A DNA stretch of 64,000 nt from Octopus vulgaris (lineage: Eukaryota). Shown piece by piece: positions 40,012 to 52,759 of this stretch. How positions within the stretch are numbered: position 1 is the stretch's first letter; the number at the start of each line of letters is the position of its first letter. The notes beneath the pieces were generated by a model. That model did not search any database. It saw only the letters and a list, made by a program, of their open reading frames with translations, and was not told where the DNA came from. The stretch spans positions 40,610,001 to 40,674,000 of the forward strand of contig OX597832.1 in NCBI GenBank assembly GCA_951406725.2, read 5' to 3'. A program made the translations under genes and the position numbers.

Positions 40012-41282
40012 CTGTAAGGAAGATGAAGACATGATGGGCAACTTAAATAGTAAAAAAATCATTACTGCAACACTTCTCCCTTTCTCTCTCTACACACACA
40101 ATGCATTCATTTTAAATGTCTTTTTCAACTACACTGTAAAGGCTGGCATCAAACTTGCATGTTATCATCATCATTATCACGACACTCGTAACCCTTTCAT
40201 TACCAACCTGGCCAAAACCTCTTCTGGCTCTGTAATACAAATGTCTTGTTTTCCTAAGTTTTGAATTAAAATCTTCCACCAAACCTTAGTCACAGTTTAT
40301 GTTCCTAACACTAGCTGAATGATAACTAAGTTATTTTACTAAATTCTGTGTTATATTTAAAATAATTGAAAGAAACACAAAGCATCTCAAAATAAATACA
40401 GTAACAAAAGGGTTAACAACTTTATAAAGCTTGACTGGGACCACAATGGAATACTGCTCTCACATATGGAATGATATTGAAGATGCTACATAAAAAGATC
40501 ATCCAAGACTACATCCAAAAAGAAGGCATTTGGCTAATTGGCAGCTGCTCACTCACCAATACACTTCACAGATTTGCTATCTTCTCACCCTACATCTTCT
40601 ACTGCTTTAACAACTAGTTAAAGGCCCAATCCCTCTTGTCACACTCATTTAGGTTTCTCATCAGCAACACCAACTACATGTTCCAGGTTATTACTTTCCA
40701 CACGGATAATCCCAGAAAGCATCTAAAGTATTCTGCCTGTTTTATGTTCAAACTGGCCAGATCTGGTCTCTCACACCAACCCTACAATATCGTTTTAAAA
40801 ATTAACAGCTACCTCATCAAAATCTCATAGCACCAAGATAATGCATGATTAGTTTAAGGCAATGTGGATAAAAAAATTTAAAAAATTTTGGCAGAATAAT
40901 GTGAACACTACAGGGTTAAGCATAATGTTAATGATACCAATCTCATTAGCCTTAGAGAACCTGTCAAGGCCATAGGTACTACTCCATTCTCCAGATCCAG
41001 AAAGTAAATAAAAATTTAAAAAATTAAACACTCTTAAATGCCTTTTTCATTCAACACTAACCACAACACTCCTTCCTTCCTCCTCAAACCTTTCAAATTC
41101 CTTTCCTAACCACAATGTCCACACAGACATTGACTTGCAGCCATTCCTGATGCACCTCAATTGCACCAGTTTTAAACGGTTTGTGGAGGTTGTGGATGGC
41201 TACAGTCAATTCTTCTCAACCAAAACCATAAAAATGCATAAAGGCAGCTGTGGCTGCATGGTAAGAAGCTTGCTTCTCAACC

Positions 41283-41284
<2 letters not shown>

Positions 41285-41375
<91 letters not shown>

Positions 41376-41852
41376 AATTATTGTATACAGTGCTCAGGTG
41401 CACCACAACTTGTCAGAGTATATGCAGTAATGTACAAATGTCTGGAAAGCGAACAATGTATGAGTCAGATACATGCTTGTGTGTGTATGGAGGGGAGAAA
41501 ATCAAGTGTAGTGTTGGCGAATCTCAGGAAGCATGGAAGTTTGAAGGATGCAGTGCTCCGACAACTAACAACTGATGCCGGCAGTTTGTTCCATGCTTCA
41601 GCAACTCTCAGCGTGAAAAAATGTTTCCTGAAGTCATGGGAGCTGTGCTGTTTTCTTACTTTGTAAATATGTCCACGGGTGTTAGATGGGTGGAGTTTGA
41701 AAAGGTGCTCAGAGTTATTGTTTGTACGATGGTTGATAATGTTATGGGTGTCTGCCAAGTCAGCTGCCAGACGTCGGAGTTTCAATGTGTCCATGCCCAG
41801 GGAAGTAAGGCGTTCAGGATATGGCAAATGCCTGATGGAGGGTATTCTTTTG
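41285..41852 (-). mobile_element. 5'-truncated CR1-type LINE inserted into a SINE head
   Basis: KRIPSIRHLPYPERL...LKLRRL..DL...TRGHIYK...RKHFFTLRVAEAWNKLP, with a long (TTA)n tail at 41285-41372. The host SINE A box lies to the left and its B box to the right. Confidence 0.88.
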
Positions 41853-42071
41853 GTTAATTCTGGATTCAGTCCCACTGCATGACACCTTGGGCAAGTGTTT
41901 TCTACTATAGCCTAGGGCTGACCTAGTTTGTAGTTATGGAAACTGTGTCAGTAAAGGCCTGCGTAACTCTAACAGGATATGAATTGAGGGAGAGAAAGCA
42001 AGGGGAAATGAAAGTGAGAAAAGGACTTTAAAAGAGAGAGAGAGAGATGATAGGAAAGAGCTGTTACTTAC

Positions 42072-42295
42072 CACTGATAATTCATGTATTATGAGATTCT
42101 TTAATTTGGCAGTATTGGCACACTTCTGCTTCATCCGTGCCTTGGCAAGGTCAGTGTGTGGTTTCGGTTTATGTAAACGGTCAATGACTGCTTTGATGGA
42201 AGTGTCGAAGCTTTCTTTTTGTTGTTGTTCTTTAGATGCAGGGGGAGGGTTCTCAGGAATGGAAGGCTGCACTCCTTCAATACTTAACCAGTGAG
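42072..42295 (-). CDS. TAF6: TAF6 coding exon 4
   Basis: (T)[18 protein letters not shown]...IHELSV; cag/gtaag, phase 1 to 0. Confidence 0.95.
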
Positions 42296-43390
42296 CTGAG
42301 AGAAAACAGAAAAAAGGTCACAATGGCTGTGTGGTTAAGACAATGGCATTATAAGTACATGGTTCTCGGTTCAATACTACTAAGTGTACTTTGTTGGGTA
42401 GATGTCACATGTCATCTGAAGGAAACTTGGTAGATGAAAACTATACAGAGATGTATGTTTGAATACATTTTGCATTAGTCCACTCTGCTGGGTGGTTGAA
42501 GTTAGGAAGGACATCCAGCTGTAAAAACTATGCCAAAACAGACACAGAAGGCTGGCACAGGCTTCTGCTCTTGTCAAACCATCCAACCCATGCCACGTGG
42601 AAGGTGGACGTTAGAGATGATGAGGAGTGTGCGTATGTGTGCATATGTATATTAGTGTAATACACTCATTTATACCACTAAGTACCAGATAACAATTAAG
42701 AGCTGGAGTGAATATAATTAATAAAAAAAAAATTTTTGAAGGCAATATCCCAGCATGGCCACAGTCCAAATAACGAAACCAGTAAAAAATAAAAATATTT
42801 ATAAGAAAAACTTTGGTTTGTTCCAGTTTAGTTGGCAAATCACTGTAACAAGGCTGACAAATGAGATAGAAGTGTCTGGCTCTCATTTACGTTGGGATTA
42901 TCATCATCATCATTTAATCTCTATTGTCCATGCTGGCATGGGTTGGATGGTTTGACTGGGCTGGCACACTGGCAGGCTGCACCAGACTCCAGTTTGATTT
43001 GGCATGGTTTTCTATGGCTGGAATTAGAGAATTTGTTTTGATGATACAGTTTTGAGTCTGTGTCAGGCTAGGGTTCCACTGATACCCCTCCTTAGTGAGA
43101 TAGAGGGGATGACAAGGAATCAAATCTTCTGGCAGTTTGCTGTGCATGAGAAGGCAAGTAAAGTCGTGGTTGTCCTTGCATACAAGCATGTCCCCTACAT
43201 CTCTCTTCAGCCAAGCCATCCTAATCTTGCAGGTTTGTGGGTGCTGGTGCCAGTGCTGTGTAAAAGTACCCGGTACACAATGTAAAGCAGATGGTGTTAG
43301 GAAGGGCATCCAGCTGTAGAAGCCATACCAAAACAGACATGGAGCCTGGGAAGCTCCTCAGCTGGCCAGCTTCTGCCAAACTGTCCAACG

Positions 43391-43685
43391 TGGAGGCACA
43401 TGACCTAGTGGTTAGAGCAGCAGACCCGCAGGTTCGAATCTCAGACCAGGCGATGTGTGTGTTTATGAGCGAAACACCTAAGCTCCACGCGGCTCTGGCA
43501 GAAGGTAATGGCGAAACTTCTGCTGACTCTTTCACCACAACTTTCTCTCACTCTTTCCTCCTGCATCTTGCAGCTCACCTGCGATGGACTGGCGTCCCAT
43601 CCAGGTGGGGAACCTATACGCCAAGAAACTGGGAAACCGGCCCTTATGAGCCAGGCATAGCTCGAGAAGGAACAAACAACAACAA
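43391..43685 (+). mobile_element. tRNA-derived SINE related to family D, with a different tail
   Basis: TGACCTAGTGGTTAGAGC A box, GGTTCGAATCTC B box, CCTGCGATGGACTGGCGTCCCATCCAGG segment, (AAC)n tail. Confidence 0.7.
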
Positions 43686-43821
43686 AACTGTCCAACCCAT
43701 GCCAGCATGGAAAGCAGACATTAAATGATGAAGATGTTACAAACTTATTTAAATTTTTAAAATAGCATAAAAACCAACAAGCAAAAGATTAAAAATAAGG
43801 AAAAGTTGAATTTTTGCTTAC

Positions 43822-43975
43822 TTTTTAACGATACATCTAATGGAATTTTTGGAAATTGACTGCTGATTATCTCATTAAGGTCTAGTTCTTTTTCATCATA
43901 GAAATGTAGCTCACGTCCTCCACCACTGGTGTACCGAAATGGTATAAGGTCTTTTGACTGGAAACCGTACAATGG
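43822..43975 (-). CDS. TAF6: TAF6 coding exon 3
   Basis: [33 protein letters not shown]...LDVSLK, containing the signature PLYGF and GGGRELHF motifs; tag/gtaag, ends in phase 1. Confidence 0.95.
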
Positions 43976-44399
43976 CTACAAGAGAAAATTCCAATTCATT
44001 TTGAGAAAAATAAAAACACACATAAACAAAACAACATATTTGTATAAAAAGGAAAAATGCATATAAAATGTGTTTGTAAAGTGATTTGGTAAATCCTCTA
44101 AAGTTCTAGTTAGCATACAGTAAACCACTTTCAAGTGCCACCTGCAGTTCTTCTCTCTATGCTAAAATTATTTCAAGAGTTGTACTTGTTTGGCAAATGA
44201 CTTCATCTGAGACCATAAAACTGAATTAGTGTGAAAACGTCATGATCGCCAGTTAAAAACGATGCTCTGCGCTTGATACGTTATGAACCTCTGACTTATT
44301 GTTTAGCTATCTGATAACTTACTGACTTGGTCATGTATTAAATAAGAGTGAATTACAATAGTGTTCCGCTTTCTCAAAGGGAAATAGTCAATAACTTAC

Positions 44400-44486
44400 T
44401 TCCAAGTTCTTGATCTTCAAAGCCATATCAAAGTCACTGGTAATTAGCTTGCTTCGTTTGCAGTGGTGCATAAATTTGGCAGCTTC
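44400..44486 (-). CDS. TAF6: TAF6 coding exon 2
   Basis: EAAKFMHHCKRSKLITSDFDMALKIKNLE; cag/gtaag boundaries, 87 nt. Not in the ORF track. Confidence 0.95.
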
Positions 44487-44741
44487 CTGAAACAGAAAAA
44501 AGAAAAAAATTTGACTGTCAAAATAGATCTTTTAATTATAGCTTAAAAGTGATACACGAAGCACCATAAGAAAGAGCTCTTATGTACAGAGGAATTCAGA
44601 GTCTGTGATATTCACGAGCTTCTTAAGAATATTAGAGGTGAAAATTAATCAAAGTAGCTAAAACTCTAAACTGAAACTGCACAAAAAGAGAGTTGGCTTA
44701 CAAAGAGTTAATGCTCATATCTTTTACATTATTCTGCAAGA

Positions 44742-44950
44742 CAGCGAGCTGGCAGAATTGTTAGCATGTTGGGCAAAATGTTTAGCAGCATTTTGTCTAT
44801 CTTTATGTCAAGGGTTCAAATTCTGCCGAGGTCGACCTTGCTTTTCATCCTTTTAGGGTTGATAAAATAAGTACCAGTTGATCACTGGGGTCGATGTAAT
44901 TAACTTACTCCCTCCCCTGAAATTGCTGGTCTTGTGCCAAAATTTGAAAT
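44742..44950 (+). mobile_element. SINE family B
   Basis: Diagnostic head and core. Confidence 0.75.
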
Positions 44951-46345
44951 CAATATCTACGTTATGCTGTAAATTGTGAATGTAAGGTACAGGTCTTTAG
45001 TCCCGACAAACAAAATCTCTAGTGAAAGTGATGCTATAAAATACACCTATTCCACAGGGTGAAATGGTTGGCTATAAAAAAAAGATGACACAATAAGAAA
45101 GATTGGCAGGCTTCCCAGTTGTTGCATGTATCAGTTGTGCATATTGAACATTTGGATTGAGAGAATTCCTAACAAATGTACTATAAAAAAAAAAAATGTG
45201 TGTGTGTGTATACAGGTGCAGGTGTGGCTGTGAAAGGTATGGCTATGGCTTGTGGTAAGAAATTTTCTTACCATTCATATGGTTTTGGGTTTAATCCCAA
45301 TGTGTAGCATCTCAGGTAAGTGCTGTCTACTATAGCTCTGGGCCAACCAAAGCCTTGTGAGTGAATTTGGTAAACCGAAACTGAAGAGAAGCCCATCATT
45401 TGTGTGTGTTACTGTCTTTTTGCCATGTCGTCATGTGATAGTCGTAAACAAGTGTCACCGTCATGCAAGCAGTTCCTTCATATCCAATCTTCTGTGAAGT
45501 CAGGTCTCATCAGGGGCAAATATTGCCTCTTGCATAGAAACAAGTGAGAGTTGGTGACAGGAGGGACATCCGGCTGTAGAAAATTCGCCCTCAACAAATT
45601 TTGTCAGTGCAACAATTTTAAGCAAATGTCACTTATTAGCTTCAGGATTGACTTGCAAGTAAAATTTGACAGATGGAACCTGTGCAGGGGCCCATCACCG
45701 AGACTCTCCTTGTTTTTGGGTGGTGTGTTTAATCAGTCACAAGGCTTAACACAACCACATGGTATGAGCTTTAGCAGAGTCCACACAGCTGCAAGCATTC
45801 AGACTGACTTTGATTTAAGGATAACTGCCATCTCGCTTGAAAGGATCAGAGAAGAGTCACAGACACTACCCTTCATTCTCTAAACTGGAAAATAACAATA
45901 TTTTAAAGCCAGTTATTTTCATTTGCCATGGGTCGGACGTATCTTTTAGACAGTATAAAGCATCATTGTCATTTGCATTGTATCATGTTTTAGATAATTG
46001 ACTATGTAACCACTAACAGACATAGACACCCTCTTGGCATTCCCTCTCTGTATCCAGGGAGATATTCAGGATGTGACAGCTGAGAAGAGAGTAGGGTGGA
46101 CCAGCACAGGGGCTGATACTCATCTTCAGCCAAGTAGATTGGAGCAACATGAAACAAAGTGCCTCTTTGCTTAAGCAGACAACCACACTGCCTGATCCAA
46201 GAATCATATAATCATGAGCCCAACACCCTAACCCCCCCCACAAGCCACATCCATACAAGACAGACAGCTTGTATCACCATGATATCAAGTTATTACAGTT
46301 TGAAGAAAAATGAGCTGTTTTTTAAATGTGAAGAGTGAAACTTAC

Positions 46346-46498
46346 TTGAATAAGGAGTTTAAGTCTGTAGCTAACATCTTCTGCCAACTGGCTTGCAGCA
46401 TCATCAGGAATTCCACTGACCCCAATAGACTCTGCAATTCCTTTCATGGAATCGGGGCTGAATGTACTGCTTACTTTTACTTCGTGTTTTTCAGCCAT
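46346..46498 (-). CDS. TAF6: TAF6 coding exon 1 (ATG at 46498; histone-fold N-terminus); exon acceptor at 46526
   Basis: Translates MAEKHEVKVSSTFSPDSMKGIAESIGVSGIPDDAASQLAEDVSYRLKLLIQ, the TAF6 H4-like fold. GTAAG donor, phase 0; upstream ttttccag acceptor. Confidence 0.95.
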
Positions 46499-46571
46499 TC
46501 TTGACAAGATTTGACAAATCAGCAATCTGGAAAATAGACAGACATAGATAATGTGAGCTCAGTAACAATAT

Positions 46572-46805
46572 CTATTTCTTTACTGCCCACAAGGGGCTAA
46601 ACATAGAGGGGACAAACAAGGACAGACAAAGGGATTAAGTCGATTACATTGAACCCAGTGGGTAACTGGTACTTAATTTATCGACTCCAAAAGGATGAAA
46701 GGCAAAGTCGACCTCGGCGGAATTTGAACTCACAACGTAACGACAGATGAAATACCGTTAAGCATTTCGCCCGGTGCGCTAACGTTTCTGCCAGCTCGCC
46801 GCCTT
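46572..46805 (-). mobile_element. SINE family B, well preserved
   Basis: GGCGGCGAGCTGGCAGAAACGTTAGCGCACCGGGCGAAATGC on the minus strand. Confidence 0.85.
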
Positions 46806-48118
46806 TATATATACATGTTGTATCTGCAACTTTCTCTGCTTCACTCCATTTGCTGGAACTGTAAAGAAGGGGGGAAAATCATACTGAAACTGTTTCAGAT
46901 GGGACGTTCCTTGTTTTTCTTTTTGTCTGGACCAGGAGAAGGAGAGAGCATACAAAACCTTTGTAGGTTCTCTGAGACATTTAATATCAATTCAGTTTAA
47001 AGTTCACCTTAAACATTTCTAAGTTAATGTCTGCAGGAAGAATGGAAAGTGGTGTTAATTCCAGGGGACTGGCCCTCTAAGGAAAGTGTAAAGTGTGAGG
47101 TCAGGAAGAGAAAAGGTAGTAAGTATAACAAGAGAGAGGCGGAGGCTATGGGGGGGAAATTTTAACAGGGAATTCCAGCATGAAATGGTTAGTTACAAAA
47201 TTATATTAGATACTTTGGGACTAAACAAACATTTTTAGAAAATGCAAGATTGAAGAAGACTTAATTGACCATAAAAGATAAGGCAATTAGGGTAGAAATC
47301 TACATTGTGCCGTGTGATGTGTAGGTAGAAGACCTACAATCTCAACATACCTTGACTAGAGTCAATGAGTGACCATCTATGTGGTCATTAGATCTGCTAG
47401 AAACAGCAGTCAATTCGCTTTCAAATCAATCTCTGCTGTCTTTAGGTGGTGGTAGTGGGGAACAAAACAACAAATTGTTGAATAACGTAACCAGAGACTA
47501 ACATTGTGAAAACAGGGTGTGATCGAGACTAGAATGCCTTTCATCATAAGGTCTACTGATTGAGGGATGACTTGGGGCTAAATAATAACACCTTTAACAA
47601 GTTATACCTCTTCAATGCACCTTAGGTACTGACAGTGCTGTGTCGGTGACGAGATGTAAACCTTCGAGTCTGGATGGTGAATATTGGTAAATAGCCAGAC
47701 ATTTTGAGGAATAAACAAAGTCGATTATGTCAACACCATCTTCGGCACTTCTTGTTTGTTTTCATTTCTTTTATCGACATTGAAAGGATTAAAGTTTTGC
47801 CATATACTAGATGCTGAAGCAAATACATAAGTTAGCCTGGAAACGGGGAAATAACTGATCGTGTGTGTATGAGTTTTATTGAGTGTTGTCTCGCATGGAC
47901 CAGATTTAAAAGTAAAACCCTTTTCGCGGATTTGATATTGTGTATGTAGTTCTATTTATATGGGGGAAAACATGAACGTGAGAAAACATACGCGAACGTA
48001 CACACACACTTTATATATATATATAATTGAATAATTGATATTAATCAATTAAAACCAGTGGCCTAGCATATTTTTTAAAAATCCGAAGATTAAAAATATT
48101 TTTTACATACAAAATATA

Positions 48119-48230
48119 AAGGACTGACCACTAAAAGGGGACAGTCAATATGCTAGATATAGACGTCAAAATCGCGATTTTGACGTCTATATCTAGCATA
48201 TTGACTGTCCACTTTTAGTGGTCAGTCCTT
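48119..48230. repeat. 112 bp palindrome with no spacer
   Basis: 56 bp arms centred on ATCG|CGAT, with a single mismatch (48138/48211). Confidence 0.95.
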
Positions 48231-48267
<37 letters not shown>

Positions 48268-48502
48268 AGAGAGAGAGATCCAATATAGGTAGAATCAACA
48301 AAAAAATTACTCCATCCAGTGAGAGATGAATATCAATTTAATACACAACCGAATAGTTTCGTGCTTTCAAGATATTTTAACTATGAATATTTATAAAAAT
48401 ATGCCATGTATTTCCAAGCAAATCTTTCAGGCTCTGTTTATGTGTTAGATATATTCTTTAAAAAAAAGGTCAAAGAAAGTTTTTTTTAGAATCGTGACTT
48501 AC

Positions 48503-48900
48503 CAAATTTTGCAGAAGGAAAAAAAAAGCTTCAATGTTTTGTGTCAAGCAAAAAAGCTTCAATGCTCGGCTTAATTAGTGTAAACTATCATATATAAAGA
48601 ATGGCTACAGCAATTATACCAGATTAGAGCTCCTTGAAAAGACTCGTCATGCAGGTCATTATAGCGTAAAAATCAACATTTAGGCAACGAAAGAAGAAAC
48701 CAAAATATCCCAAAGCTAAAAACTGTTCATTTACGGATTGAAGGCGAATCGGTGTAAGACGAAAATGTGTCCCCTGTGTAAATAACATGTCGAAGCTGTG
48801 AGGGCGACGGTGGAGGAACCGTAATCACAACGAGGCTGGTATATTTGTCAGTGTTGTCGGTTAATTTAGCATTTTTCGTCTTCTGTCTTCGATTATAATT
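48503..48900 (-). promoter_or_regulatory. Probable TAF6 5'UTR exon and promoter region
   Basis: Strong minus-strand donor G|GTAAGT at 48503/48502 upstream of the acceptor at 46526. The flanking unique sequence is visibly richer in CpG than its surroundings. The TSS cannot be placed. Confidence 0.5.
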
Positions 48901-50394
48901 CCATTCACGTTTCGGATCGATTATAGGAATAATAAACCAGTCCCGATACTAGATTGGTTATTTATTTTGTCGACTATGGCTTCATTTGAACAACGCAAGG
49001 GTCCGTGTTGAATCCCGCACAGCATTTTGGCTTTTTTTTTTGCTCTACTGATTCTGCCTTATCCATCGGCTACACTTCTCGGTGTTGAGGACAATTCTTC
49101 AGTTTACAGGAAGATATTCTTGATTCATTATAATTCGTGTTTGTGCTAGCTATATATAAGTTTCCTCTGAAGAATATTGACCATTTCAATAACAAGTGTT
49201 GTTATTTAGTTCTTAAACTGCCCTGAATTGAGCAGACCTATGATAAAAGGCGTTCCACCTGTGACTATCCCCCACTTTTTAAAAAATATAGTTTGTCTAA
49301 GACTACATTATTCAATATTTAGGTAAAGTATAGTCGAATGGTTATCAAGTTCGTTTCAAAACTGCAAAGTCTCAGATTCGACCATACGGCTTCTCATCCT
49401 AGGCAGATGCCATTTTCTACAACCTCGGCTATATCTTGTGAGTGAAATTAGGTAGTCGAATATTGTGTAGAAAACAGTTGGATGGATTCAAAAGTACAGC
49501 TCTTCCACACACGGTGTCACACCAATTCTGAGGAACACTCTAAGTATACGCGGAGGCGCGTGGCTTAGTTGTTAGGGTGTCAGATATTGTGTATACAATG
49601 CAAATATTGGATGCACGAAAGATTCAGAAACTCAGTGGGATCTGGGGCAGAATGTTAAGGGATGTAATAGATGCACAAAAGCATCTACCTGCAACAAAGT
49701 CTAATAGTGCAGAGGGGTTTTTAGTCGTAGTTGATTGTTGCCTAGATTATCTAATCAGCTGTGGTGACAGATATACTGGAAATAGTAAGCAACATCTCCC
49801 TGTATGTGAGGCACTTGCACATGAAATGGGGTATTGCATGATAGTGAGGCACGGGCAGTGAACGTGGAAAGTATGTAAAGACTTGAGAGAAATGAAGGGA
49901 ATATACTTTGCAGAAAGTATGATGCTGTGTGCTTGAAAAACAGACCACAACTTTCTGGGAGAAAAACCATGCATCAGAGATATTAGTTGTAGAGTAAAAG
50001 AGAAAAAAAACTGTCATGGTTTCAATGTATGATGCATATTAAAAAAACGACAACTGGGTAAAATGCCAAGCAATGCACGAAGAAGGAGCCTAAGGAAGAG
50101 GAATGTCAAAGAGGTTTTATAGGTAGGAATGGTGAGGGCAGAGTCTCAAGAGAGGAGCTGATGAAGGGTTGAAACAGGTGGAGTGGTGTTGTGTTGATAC
50201 TAATATATCCAACGTGAGCCAGCATGTAAAGTGATCATAAAAATGCTGGTGGTGGTGATGATAATATGTTATTGTATGTGAGATAATCTGGGATTATATA
50301 TCCTCCCTTACTCCCACTCCTACCACCCTTGTGCTTTTTGCATTCTGTTTCTCCCATTACATTCATATTCTCTCTTAATTCTTATTTTTGGTCT

Positions 50395-50670
50395 GCCAGT
50401 GCCGCTGGACTGGCTCCTGTGCAGGTGGCACATGAAAAGCACCATTTGAGCATGGCCACTGCCAGTACTGCCTGACTGGCCCTCGTGCCGGTGGCATGTA
50501 AAAGCACCCACTACACTCTTGGAGTGATTGGCATTAGGAAGGGCATCCAGCTGTAGAAACACTGCCAGATCAGATTGGAGTCCAGTGCAGCCATCTGGTT
50601 CGCCAGTCCTCAGTCAAATCATCCAACCCATGCCAGCATGGAAAGCGGACGTTAAACGATGATGATGATG
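50395..50670 (+). mobile_element. Retroposon family C
   Basis: Diagnostic motifs and (ATG)n tail. Confidence 0.78.
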
Positions 50671-51305
50671 ACATTTGTCTGAACGGACAAAGATAAGAGA
50701 GAGAAGACTCTTTAGTCTAGGTGGAGACAAGAAAATCTCTCTAGTGCTGGTATTACAATAACATGTATCCTGTATTCTATGTAAAGCTATTGATGAATGA
50801 CCGGAGACAACATAAGGGAGAGAGGACATTTTAGTCTGGCTGAGAACAACAAACTCTTTAGTGCTGAGGCCATGATACACCCTGAAACATGGTTGCATTT
50901 AGAAGGGCACCTAGCCACAGAAACTTCACCAGAATAGAATGAGAGAATGTAGTCTTCCAATACATCTATACAGACTGTAATTCCAAATAAGAAATTATTT
51001 CCCCAACCCATGCCAGCATAGAAAATAGATGTCAAATGGTAACAAACACGACGACAGTGATGACTGTGATGATGATGATGTCCTGTGGTAGTTGGCATTT
51101 TCGTCAACTATTCTTAGCAGTAGAGTGGAAAGTAATTTTGGCTTTCACTGAAATCTGAAACATTTTCATCTTCTTTCCAAGTTGCTAAAATTAATGTGGT
51201 TTATGGGTGGATGTCTATTTTCACAGCCAAGATTAATATATGTGTATCAAATATAAGGCTGCAATTCGCTTTTTCACACATCAACAGGTACACCCCCAAC
51301 CACCC

Positions 51306-51480
51306 TATGTATGTATGTATGTATGTATGTATGTATGTATGTATGTATGTATGTATGTATGTATGTATGTATGTATGTATGTATGTATGTATGTATGTAT
51401 GTATGTGTGTATGTATGTAATGTATGTATGTATGTATGTATGTATGTATGTATGCATGCATGTATGCATGCATGCATGTG
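51306..51480. repeat. (TATG)n microsatellite
   Basis: Long tetranucleotide run. Confidence 0.95.
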
Positions 51481-52180
51481 CGTATGTGTATATGGGTGTC
51501 AGTTGAAGGTGGAGTTGTAAACAAAAGAAACTGCAAACGTTAATGTGAACGTCGTGCAAATTTTGTGGTTTGCTTGTAACTTGAAGTTTCGATGCCGTTA
51601 CTTGCTTTGGGAAGTAACTTTTTATAACTAGATCTGACGTTACCTCCCTTGAATTACTTTTAATATCCTGTCTTTAGTGATTTTCATACCCCCACCTAAT
51701 ATTTAAAAGAAAAGGAAAATTTGCTTGCAGTTTTTCTTAGTTCGGTTCAAGTACATTTGATCAAGATAAATCGTGAGGCAATATTTGGGTTGCTTTGAAA
51801 CTATCCAAGTCTTGTTCTGGCGGAATTCTGGTTTAAGTAACCCAAATAAACTCCTAATAACTTTTTATTTTTCGAAAATTTCAGAAAAGTTTTGCGCATT
51901 TGTGTTCTATAAACGGAAATTCACACGTTTATACAAAAATTTTTTTTTAATGTGTGTGATTTAAGGGCGATTTAGTTGTTTTCAGCACATCTGATGACCA
52001 CCAGATGCCTTCCTCATTTCTTCATCACTCTGAAATGTTTTGATATTTTAAAATATTTTTCTCCTCAAAAACACATTTAATGGAATGATGATGCACCCAA
52101 GGGTATTCGGACTCTACGCATTTTAACTCTGATTTAAAAAAAAAAATTTCGAAAAAGAGTGGATTTATGGGGGATGGGAG

Positions 52181-52229
<49 letters not shown>

Positions 52230-52597
52230 CATATATATATTATCAAAGTGTACAATATTATATATCCATCACAACTATATCTTACCAATCGGTTTATGTT
52301 ATATAATATATATATAATATAATTCTATAACACGCTCTCATGAGAGCCTTATGGAACAAGTTGCTAGACCACATATTTTTGTGTAAAAGAAATAACAGTC
52401 CTCTGGCTGCTATTTCTAATACTTTCGGTATGTGTTCTAGCAACTTGTTGCAAAGACCCTCATTGTTATAATTATATATAATTTTACCGAATATGGTCCT
52501 CTTCCATACCGAAATACTACTTGGGGAAATTTCTTGATTTTATTAAATTAATTACATTTCACCCTTTATCTGTACTGTATATATATATATATATCAT

Positions 52598-52635
<38 letters not shown>

Positions 52636-52673
52636 TATCTGAAGTGTACAGTATTATATATCCATCACAACTT

Positions 52674-52758
52674 ATCTTACCAATCGGTTTCGTGCTAAGG
52701 GCAGAATGGAGTGCTAGCTAACAATCTGATTCTATAACCCTACACTCTCATCAGAGAT
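52674..52758 (-). ncRNA. Type I hammerhead ribozyme motif at the 3' side of the PLE
   Basis: Minus strand: atct CTGATGA ga gtgtaggg...cccttagcac GAAA cc gatt gg TA agat. Confidence 0.65.
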
Positions 52759-52759
52759 G

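Noticed and set aside
41135-41575. Poly-Ile membrane-like ORF
   Set aside because: It is the (TTA)n tail of a CR1 LINE.
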